Part shown: positions 9,869 through 17,517 of the stretch, one piece after another
How positions within the stretch are numbered: position 1 is the stretch's first letter
Layout: each line of letters opens with the position of its first letter
DNA from: Spirochaetaceae bacterium
Lineage (GTDB): Bacteria > Spirochaetota > Spirochaetia > DSM-2461
NCBI GenBank assembly: GCA_965224705.1
Contig: OZ245056.1
Coordinates: forward strand, 1,568,001-1,632,000
Direction: 5' to 3'
Length of the DNA: 64,000 bases
Program-made: the position numbers and the translations under genes
The notes under the pieces: model-generated
Seen by the model: the letters and a program-made list of their open reading frames with translations, nothing else
Told to the model about the DNA's origin: nothing
The model's database searches: none

Positions 9869-9937
9869 CAGGGTCAGGGTGAATACAACCTCCCAGTATA
9901 AATAGATGCTTTTATACACCCCATTGACCGAATACTA

Positions 9938-10411
9938 TTATGTACTTATCTGTTCCGAGCCTCCAATATCTTCTATAATATGAATAAACTCATCAACATT
10001 CTCAAACTGTCTGTAGACCGATGCAAACCGTACATAGGCAACCTTATCCAGCCCGAACAGGCTTTTTAACACGATCTCACCAATGTTTTTGCTTCGAATC
10101 TCATTGGCCGATCGACTGACCAGCAGTACCCTGTCTTCAATATCATGGAGCATCTCTTCAATAGTACCGCAGGGCACCGGTCTCTTCTCAAGGGAGCGAA
10201 GCACTCCATGTTCAACTTTCTTCAAATCAAAGCTTTCCCTATGCCCTGATTTCTTGATCACCATTATTGGTACTTCTTCAATCTGTTCATACGAAGTGAA
10301 ACGGTATCCGCATTTAATGCACTCACGACGACGGCGGATTCTTGTCGCACTATCATTTTCCCTTGATTCTATCACCCTGTCTTCAGACTGACCACATAAG
10401 GGACATTTCAC
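9938..10411 (-). CDS. nrdR: transcriptional repressor NrdR
   Basis: MKCPLC..VIESR..IRRRRECIKC..RFTSYE Zn ribbon, ATP-cone, DKVAYVRFASVYRQF. Confidence 0.97.
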   Translation of the reverse strand: MKCPLCGQSEDRVIESRENDSATRIRRRRECIKCGYRFTSYEQIEEVPIMVIKKSGHRESFDLKKVEHGVLRSLEKRPVPCGTIEEMLHDIEDRVLLVSRSANEIRSKNIGEIVLKSLFGLDKVAYVRFASVYRQFENVDEFIHIIEDIGGSEQIST

Positions 10412-10431
10412 GTATGGCTGTCTCCTGTAAA

Positions 10432-10488
10432 ACCCTATATGTAGGTGTTTGACTACTATATCTTAGAATAAAACGCTATATATAAGAT
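10432..10488. promoter_or_regulatory. three tandem NrdR-box-like operators overlapping the nrdR promoter
   Basis: accCTATATGTAGgtg (10432), ctaCTATATCTTAgaa (10453) and acgCTATATATAAgat (10473) versus consensus acaCwAtATaTwGtgt. Spacing 21 and 20 bp. Minus-strand TTGACG-18-TATTCT at 10494-10465. Confidence 0.7.
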
Positions 10489-10547
10489 CGTCAAGACAGC
10501 ATGAGCATTTTTTGAAAAAAAAATAAACAAGCTTTCAGGAGGGAGTC

Positions 10548-12734
10548 CTACAGTATATGAGTTATCCGGGCAATGCGCTGTGCTTGAAGCTGAAGTCCTG
10601 ACTGCTGCTTCAATGCAGGCGGATCCTGGGGATTATTCCATACAGCGGTTACTGAGAAGGACACATCGGTACTATGACTGATTGTCAGATTAAAGGAAAA
10701 TGGGAACGGAGGGTTGTCTCCAATGAAAATTGTGGCAGTCTGTCCCGATGAAGCCATTTCAAATGGCATGGATGCTGAATGCAGGGTGAAGGGGGTATCT
10801 GAATTCAATTCCAGTTGGAGCCGGGCAGGATTCATTTCTCCTGCAAGGTTGATGTTGATTGTTCGACGTCCTGGAAATAAGAAGGAATTGGAATTGATTT
10901 CCAGAGGGACCCGATTCATCTGTGTATCGATCCTTACTTCTCTGCCCGGTTTATCAATGGAATAGTATTGACGGTCAATTATGGCTTCATTGGCATCAAT
11001 GGTTCCCGGGCTTTCTAGCTCCAGCCATCTTTCATTGTTGACAAGATCAATGTTGTCAATGAGTTTGACTGGCTGGGGATTTTCGCTGTTGAAGGGTGCA
11101 AGCTTCGACAGCCAGATCAGGGTGAAGATGGCGGCAAGATTTATGATCAATGCAACAGGGGAAACAATAGTACTCTGGTGCAAACCCCTGTAATGAGACT
11201 TCCAATAGCTGAGACTTGCCAATGCAAGAATCAGGGGTAATAGTGCAAGAGTGTTCAGCAGATTTCCTGAAATACGATTCAACAATAAGAACTCCAGTAC
11301 AGCCATGTACGGATGGGTAAGAACAACGGCAAGAACAGCTATGTATGGAGAAGAAGCAAGAATTAGAAAGAATATTTTGACTTTGAAGTTTTTGACAGCA
11401 GCAAATAACAGTAATGCTCCTGTTATCCATGTTGAATAAACAGCCAGTGTTATATCCAGAAGCATGAGAATCAGAGTAAGCAGAAATGACGATGATACAG
11501 CTGTGTAGGAATAGAAATGCGGTGCTCCAGGGAAGGGTATACCATGTGTAAGTAAAATGAGATTGAGTGACAGGGCTGCTATCACGGTGAACTTGAAGAA
11601 TAGAAATGACCCTGCTGAGTAGGTCCATAGAGTGGGAAAATCTGTGAAATGAAGAATTTCCTCAATAATCAGAGTTGTAAGAAAAAGGAATAAAAAAACA
11701 AGGAAGTACAGCAGAACCAGAGTCCACCAGTATCGTGAGAATCGCTTGAAATTCAATAGAACCATCCGGAATCTGAGAAGTATGAGTACTGATAGAAGAG
11801 AGACAAAACCTGAAGCCATGATTACGAATGGAAGCTCTCGAATGTATCGAGGTCTCATTTCTGCAAAATTCCGTAAAAACAGATATGTGCTTTCCTGTTT
11901 TTCAGGATCCCTGGTTATCAGATGGTCAAGATCAAGCAGGGTTCGCACAAATCTGCTGATTTCAGCATTCGCTGATTGTTTACCTGCACTACCCTTGCCC
12001 TGGAAGTAAACAGAAGGAATACCAGCTTCCAGCCATGGAGAATAACTTCCAAGATTTCCCTGCAAACCCAGGTTGGCAACATGGATATCAGTTCCTCGAA
12101 GGCGATGATTGATGGAATCCGTGTGCAGGGAATCCGTCAGCGGTTTCGCTAACCAATATGGCGCAACAACACCATTGCCGCCAATTCTGACATCCCAGGT
12201 TTCTGGAACAGTTTCAGCATCAATGTAGAGGGCAAATACCCCTGATTCCGGCTGTATTGTATCGATGAGATATCGGCTCCCATAGGGGTGGTATGGGGTA
12301 TCTCCACGTTCTCCGCCAAGAAAACACAGGCTTATAGTATGCTGTGGGGTGGTCATTGCAAGGTTTTCAGCGATCTCCAGTAACAGGGCTGTGGAAAAGG
12401 CCCCCTGCTCCATGGGAGATGCCAGGATGAAGTGTTCGGAAGAACGACCCGGAACAGTTGCTTCAAGTATGACAGAGAATGAATGGCCCCGACTATTCTC
12501 ATCCAGTGTTCGGCGTGTATATGAGAGACCAAGATAGTTCAATCTCTCAGCAACGGCATCGAATGCCATGACTTCTTCTTCCGTTCCCTCCAGCCGCGCA
12601 CCATATCCCCTTAGCTGTGTATGAAAAGAGAGTAGTTCTGCTGTATCTGCATGAAGTCCTGTTGCTGGGAGCAGCAGAATTGCCATGTAATGAATCAGTC
12701 GTCTTAGTTCTGGGAACGGGTTATGAGTAATCAT
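10548..12734 (-). CDS. polytopic membrane protein with N-terminal M28 peptidase-like domain
   Basis: Signal peptide, ILEATVPG..ILAS..ALLLEIA..FLGGERG pattern, about 9 TM helices, C-terminal soluble domain. Canonical metal ligands not evident. Confidence 0.6.
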   Translation of the reverse strand: MITHNPFPELRRLIHYMAILLLPATGLHADTAELLSFHTQLRGYGARLEGTEEEVMAFDAVAERLNYLGLSYTRRTLDENSRGHSFSVILEATVPGRSSEHFILASPMEQGAFSTALLLEIAENLAMTTPQHTISLCFLGGERGDTPYHPYGSRYLIDTIQPESGVFALYIDAETVPETWDVRIGGNGVVAPYWLAKPLTDSLHTDSINHRLRGTDIHVANLGLQGNLGSYSPWLEAGIPSVYFQGKGSAGKQSANAEISRFVRTLLDLDHLITRDPEKQESTYLFLRNFAEMRPRYIRELPFVIMASGFVSLLSVLILLRFRMVLLNFKRFSRYWWTLVLLYFLVFLFLFLTTLIIEEILHFTDFPTLWTYSAGSFLFFKFTVIAALSLNLILLTHGIPFPGAPHFYSYTAVSSSFLLTLILMLLDITLAVYSTWITGALLLFAAVKNFKVKIFFLILASSPYIAVLAVVLTHPYMAVLEFLLLNRISGNLLNTLALLPLILALASLSYWKSHYRGLHQSTIVSPVALIINLAAIFTLIWLSKLAPFNSENPQPVKLIDNIDLVNNERWLELESPGTIDANEAIIDRQYYSIDKPGREVRIDTQMNRVPLEINSNSFLFPGRRTININLAGEMNPARLQLELNSDTPFTLHSASMPFEMASSGQTATIFIGDNPPFPFSFNLTISHSTDVSFSVTAVWNNPQDPPALKQQSGLQLQAQRIARITHIL

Positions 12735-12827
12735 GGGTTTTCAGTTGAATTGATCATTGTATTCAGAGTTTTCAGATGTTCAAGGCCTCTGGCCCATGAC
12801 ACAATCCCTCCAGGGTAAGGATTATAC

Positions 12828-13047
12828 AGTGTCGGGAAGCTTGTTATAACCTGGCTTCATTAAAATCCGGTCAGGTGAAGATTTTTATCGGTACAGTCAT
12901 TCAACACTGATTGATCGCTGTGATTTGGTGCATCACTCTCTGGAATGATTAAAATCTCCACCGGCAAAGTGTATCGTTAATAATTGTTCAATCAGGACTT
13001 AGTTCGTGGTGAGAACGACTTCTTCATTTAACAAGCTTTCTGGCACT
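12828..13047. mobile_element. degenerate MITE family C copy (~220 bp)
   Basis: Inverted ends AGTGTCGGGAAGCTTGTTA (12828-12846) / TAACAAGCTTTCTGGCACT (13029-13047), 16 of 19 complementary. The same motif recurs elsewhere. No TSD visible. Confidence 0.55.
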
Positions 13048-13180
13048 TGAAAATACCCTCCATCAGATTCTTGTTGCTTGAGGATGCGGCCGCGGTGTGG
13101 GCTTTGAACAGACTTCGTCAATGCAGGGGATTAACTGCAAATCTGAGAGAAGAGTCGGTCAAGGTATGCCGCCAGCCTTT

Positions 13181-13341
13181 GAGTCTGTCGGACTTTAAGG
13201 CTTCGAGGCGATTTTTGATGATTTTTTCCTGATGCAAGGCGACAAAAACGGAGCATAGCTGGGCTACGTGAGTATTTTGGCAACGCAGCAGCAGGGAAAA
13301 AGGGCAAAAATCGAGCCGTGAGGCGTAAGTCCGACAGACTC
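13181..13341. mobile_element. MITE family A, copy 3 (161 bp)
   Basis: Perfect 15-bp TIRs, flanked by direct repeat CTTT (13177-13180 and 13342-13345). Only a few substitutions versus copy 1. Confidence 0.92.
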
Positions 13342-13377
13342 CTTTGACCAATCGTCAGATTCTGGATATGGTCAATT

Positions 13378-13938
13378 ATGGATGTAGACAAAATTGCCCG
13401 ACTGATTCGAGAACTGCTGATTGAAATTGGTGAAGAGCCCAACCGTGAGGGATTGATCGGTACACCAGAACGAGTTGCGTCTTCCTGGAAATTTCTGAGT
13501 TCCGGTTACCGGAGCAGCCTAAAATCCATAGTCAATAATGCCGTTTTTGAATCCGAAGCCAACAACATGATACTCTCCCGGAATATTGAGATGTATAGTC
13601 TTTGTGAACATCATTTACTTCCCTTTTTTGGAACCTGTACCATTGGATACATAGCAGGAAAACAAGTTATTGGAGTGAGCAAACTGGCTCGAATAGTGGA
13701 TCATTTTTCACGCCGTCTTCAATTACAGGAACGCCTTACCTACCAAGTTGCCAACGCTGTAAAAGAGAGTGTGGGTGCAATTGGTGTGGGAGTTATCATT
13801 GAAGCTAAACACATGTGCATGAGTATGCGCGGAGTGGAGAAACAGCATTCTTCCATGACAACCAGTTCGGTTCTTGGTTGTTTTCAAACGGATCCCGCTT
13901 CCCGGAATGAGTTTTTAACCCTTGCAGGGAAGGCGTAA
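13378..13938 (+). CDS. folE: GTP cyclohydrolase I
   Basis: GEEPNREGL.GTPERVA, SLCEHHLLPFFG, GVSKLARIV, RRLQLQERLT, HMCMSMRGV. Confidence 0.97.
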   Translation: MDVDKIARLIRELLIEIGEEPNREGLIGTPERVASSWKFLSSGYRSSLKSIVNNAVFESEANNMILSRNIEMYSLCEHHLLPFFGTCTIGYIAGKQVIGVSKLARIVDHFSRRLQLQERLTYQVANAVKESVGAIGVGVIIEAKHMCMSMRGVEKQHSSMTTSSVLGCFQTDPASRNEFLTLAGKA

Positions 13939-13999
13939 CTTCCGGCAGGAATGCCTCATCAAGGTTTTTTGTCATACCTGTAAATCGAGTCGAATTCTC

Positions 14000-14983
14000 T
14001 CATAACCAATTATTCTTTTTGTACCAGTGGAATGTTGCCTTCAATCCTTCTTCCAGATTTGTTTCAGGTGTCCAATTCAGCATTTTCTGTCCTTCTTTGC
14101 TATCTGTAACAAATTGCTCGTATAGTTCATTCATTTTATCACGGGAGAGCATAAAGGCTTTACGGGATATTTTGCTGTAAACATCCAGTACCAGGGCTGC
14201 GATATAGATCAGGAAGCGGGGAACAGGGAATCTTATAAGTGCTTTTTTACCAACTATAGATTCGGTCAATGTCAGTAATTCCTTCCATGTATGCACTTTG
14301 CCATTATCGATAATATAAGTTGAACCGCTGGGAACATTGGCCTGCAATGCCAGAATACAGGCACGGGCGAAATCAGCACCGTAGAGAAACATCAGTTGTG
14401 TATCCGGTGATCCGCAGTAGGGAAGGACACGGTTATTGATACATTGAAACAGAATAAAAGTGGCTTTATCCCGTGGACCATACAGACTTACAGGCCGCAG
14501 TATGGTAATTGGAAGCTCATCTGCCCTGTCCTGAACAACCTGTTCTGCTGCCAGCTTACTTCTGCCATAGCAGGTAACCGGTGTTGGAGACTTATCGTCC
14601 TGAATAACATCTCCATCCATGTTTGGCCCTAGAGCGGCAATACTGGATACAAATACGAATCGTTTCAATGTCTCTCTGGCTCCTGCAGCCGCTTCAAGAA
14701 GATATCGAGTGTAGTCAATATTAACTCTCCTGAATTCTTTTTCACTCACAGCTTTTATAAGGGCTGCCGAGTGTATGATTCCATCGACTCCCTGTACCGC
14801 ATCTTTCAAAGTATTCCTGTCGGACAGGGATGTTTTGATGATCTCAACATTGTCCAATGTTTCAAGGAAACTGATATCACTTGTTGGCCGCACAAGAGCT
14901 CGGACGGTTTCTCCATTCTGGTTCAATTGTTCGGCGATGTGGGACCCAAGGAAACCGGATCCTCCCGTAAGCAGTACTGTCAT
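14000..14983 (-). CDS. NAD-dependent epimerase/dehydratase (extended SDR)
   Basis: LLTGGSGFLG, FVSSIAA, YGRSK, LRP..LYGPRD. Start may be 14983 or 15025. Confidence 0.88.
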   Translation of the reverse strand: MTVLLTGGSGFLGSHIAEQLNQNGETVRALVRPTSDISFLETLDNVEIIKTSLSDRNTLKDAVQGVDGIIHSAALIKAVSEKEFRRVNIDYTRYLLEAAAGARETLKRFVFVSSIAALGPNMDGDVIQDDKSPTPVTCYGRSKLAAEQVVQDRADELPITILRPVSLYGPRDKATFILFQCINNRVLPYCGSPDTQLMFLYGADFARACILALQANVPSGSTYIIDNGKVHTWKELLTLTESIVGKKALIRFPVPRFLIYIAALVLDVYSKISRKAFMLSRDKMNELYEQFVTDSKEGQKMLNWTPETNLEEGLKATFHWYKKNNWL

Positions 14984-15027
14984 GAATCTATTTGACTTCC
15001 TTTCATCAATCGGTCTCCATTTCATCG

Positions 15028-15048
15028 TTACAGGCTTTCTGACACCGG
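15028..15048. repeat. solo family-C end motif
   Basis: TTACAGGCTTTCTGACACCGG. Its reverse complement matches 34827-34847 at 19 of 21 positions. Confidence 0.6.
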
Positions 15049-15054
15049 GGGATG

Positions 15055-16017
15055 TTACACCTCACCGAGTCTTTTCATAATGTCCCTATTTACTTTCTCA
15101 ACAATGGGAAGATCCTTCTTGAAGCTGGATTCCAGTTTCAAACGCAGCTGTCTGTATTCATTCTCGCGGACAAGAATTTGCTCGAATGACAGGGGGTTGT
15201 TCTTTCTATTCTTATTGTATAACCTGGCAATGATCTCAGGTGTCAGGACCAACCAGCTGTGAACGGCGATACTCATTGCGTAAACAGTTTCATCATCGCT
15301 GTCATCCGGGATCTGTGTTCGCTCCGAAAGAAGTTTCTCTCCCAGTTTGACTATGAATTCTCTCAGCGTCTTATCATCATTGTTTTTTTCGTATGCCAGT
15401 CGGAGCTGGTAGAGGCTTTTCGCAACGGGAAGAGAGAATCGCTCAACAAATAGAACAACGCTTCCCAGGCCGTCCTGCTCATAGCTGTCCAGCATATATG
15501 TATCGTACTCACTGAGAAAATATCCCTCTGGCAACAGGTACTTCTGTATTAATTCGGCCTGGGCGGTGTATCCACCCACCTTGAGAAAGAGTTGTTCCAT
15601 ACGATCAAAGCGTGCTGCTCCCCAGGCTGGTGGATCCTGGAAGAAAGTTGCACATTCATGAAATGCCCCCGTGAGTACGGCATATACTGTGGATGGATAA
15701 CTGGGCCAGATATCAAGCAATCCCTTTAATACCACGATGTGTGCGACCTGCTTCCCTGGAGGTGCTACAAATTTCGCACCGGACAGCACTCCCCCTCTGG
15801 AATCAGGATCTATGGTGAAACGCAGATAACCCTGCTCAATGGCTCTGGCTACAATGTACCAGATCGGAGGGATGTCATCTGGATCAAATAGACCCTGATA
15901 TCCGTCCAGAACAGTAACGAGCCTGGCATCATAGTCCACTTCTTCTTCCTGAGCAAAGATTACTCCGCCAGTGATAGCCAGGAGTGTGAGAGCAAGGAAA
16001 ATGCGAATGGATTTCAA
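15055..16017 (-). CDS. hypothetical secreted protein
   Basis: Signal peptide MKSIRIFLALTLLAITGGVIFA, AGGAG RBS upstream, 320 aa. Confidence 0.75.
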   Translation of the reverse strand: MKSIRIFLALTLLAITGGVIFAQEEEVDYDARLVTVLDGYQGLFDPDDIPPIWYIVARAIEQGYLRFTIDPDSRGGVLSGAKFVAPPGKQVAHIVVLKGLLDIWPSYPSTVYAVLTGAFHECATFFQDPPAWGAARFDRMEQLFLKVGGYTAQAELIQKYLLPEGYFLSEYDTYMLDSYEQDGLGSVVLFVERFSLPVAKSLYQLRLAYEKNNDDKTLREFIVKLGEKLLSERTQIPDDSDDETVYAMSIAVHSWLVLTPEIIARLYNKNRKNNPLSFEQILVRENEYRQLRLKLESSFKKDLPIVEKVNRDIMKRLGEV

Positions 16018-16448
16018 GTTTTCGACTCCTTTTAAACCGCTTTCGTACTCAATAAGTGTGACAGGGTTGTTCAGCCATGCATTCCGGAGCGATGTGAGTA
16101 CAATCCAATGCTGCTGTGGCGGCAGTGATCAGGTCTGAACCGGAATGGATGTTTTCCAGGATCCTAGGGTACTTCCTAGAATGGCAATTCAGTGAAATTC
16201 TTTCAAGTGCCGGAGATATCTTTTCTGCCCTTGACCCCCAATCCATTGCTCTTTAATGTTAGGCTGGTGGAGCAAAGAATGTGAGAGATTTTTCTCTCCA
16301 GGGCAGCATATTTTAATATATCAGCAGGACAGTATCTCTTTTGCAGAAAAATCTCGCAAACTTTGAATCACCGGTTAGTTGATGTACATGAATAAATCAG
16401 CCTGATGAAGGGATTCTGAAATGGTCCTGATGATTGAAGAGGTGAAGA

Positions 16449-17495
16449 TTGGAAAAGAAACTTGAAGTATTGGAAAAAACCTTTTCCGAAGCCCTGGAAG
16501 GCATTGGTACAGAGGCCGGGCTTGCTGATTTGAGGGCTTCCTATCTTGGGAAAAAAGGGGAGTTGAGTCTTATTCTCAAATCATTGAGTTCTGCACCTCC
16601 CGAAGAAAGGAAACAACTGGGGAAGGCTGCCAATGAGGTAAAACGCCGTCTCACAGAACAACTGGGAAGGAAACGATCTGCCATTGAACGAAGCAGGATA
16701 GATGCCAGACTGGCAACTGAATGGACCGATCTTTCCCTTAGAAGATCAATCAGAGTTGAACCGGTCAAAGAGGCTGGATTGCATCCTATCTCGATTGTGC
16801 AGCGTAAACTGGAGGATATTTTTCTTTCCATGGGTTTCGACATTCTTGATGGACCGCACATTGAGAACGACTGGTACAATTTCACAGCGCTGAACATACC
16901 GGAGTCACATCCGGCCCGGGATATGCAGGATACTTTCTGGTTCAATGACTTGAAGCATTTACTTCGAACCCATACGTCCACGATTCAAATAAGAGGCATG
17001 GAGAAAAATACTCCTCCCTTTAAATTCGTTGCTCCTGGCAAAGTCTTCCGCTGTGAAACCACGGATGCTTCCCACGAGGCTGTTTTTCATCAAATGGAAG
17101 GAATGCTGGTTGGAAAAGGGATCTCAGTCGCTCATCTAATCTACTTCGAGAAGACTCTGCTCAGTGAAATTTTCAATCGGGATGTTGAAATCCGTCTACG
17201 GCCTGGTTTCTTTCCCTTTGTGGAACCAGGCTTTGAACTTGATATTAACTGTCAGATCTGCAGCGGCTCCGGGTGCAGTGTCTGCAAAAAAACTGGCTGG
17301 ATAGAACTTCTACCCTGCGGCATGACCCACCCAAATGTACTGAGGCAGGGAGGTATAGATCCCGGTCAGTACAATGGTTTTGCCTTTGGGCTTGGATTGG
17401 ATAGATTGGTAATGATGAATTATGGTATAGATGATATTCGTCATTTTCACAGCGGCAATCTTGAGTTCAGCAGACAGTTTGCTTCCTTCCAGTAG
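16449..17495 (+). CDS. pheS: phenylalanyl-tRNA synthetase alpha subunit
   Basis: NFTALNIPESHPARDMQDTF, LLRTHTS, FHQMEG, FPFVEP, GFAFGLGLDRL. Confidence 0.97.
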   Translation: MEKKLEVLEKTFSEALEGIGTEAGLADLRASYLGKKGELSLILKSLSSAPPEERKQLGKAANEVKRRLTEQLGRKRSAIERSRIDARLATEWTDLSLRRSIRVEPVKEAGLHPISIVQRKLEDIFLSMGFDILDGPHIENDWYNFTALNIPESHPARDMQDTFWFNDLKHLLRTHTSTIQIRGMEKNTPPFKFVAPGKVFRCETTDASHEAVFHQMEGMLVGKGISVAHLIYFEKTLLSEIFNRDVEIRLRPGFFPFVEPGFELDINCQICSGSGCSVCKKTGWIELLPCGMTHPNVLRQGGIDPGQYNGFAFGLGLDRLVMMNYGIDDIRHFHSGNLEFSRQFASFQ

Positions 17496-17517
17496 CAGAA
17501 AAGGATTTGACAGATAG

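Noticed and set aside
12735..12860. About 41 open codons on the minus strand ending at the M28-like start
   Set aside because: No start codon or RBS, partly made of the family-C end motif, and no recognisable similarity to call a pseudogene.
13050..13180. Possible folate riboswitch upstream of folE
   Set aside because: No THF-riboswitch consensus, and the apparent folE promoter lies immediately at the start codon, leaving no leader.
13047..13442. Short ORFs 13047-13232, 13118-13351 and 13131-13442
   Set aside because: They overlap MITE-A copy 3 or are antisense to folE, and show no protein motifs.
16018..16448. 430-bp gap upstream of pheS considered as a T-box leader, a PIN-toxin remnant (DLITAATAAL in ORF 16049-16246) or a further family-C copy (~16204-16374)
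   Set aside because: No T-box consensus (GGTGGNACC), and the peptide and end-motif resemblances are too weak to support by eye.
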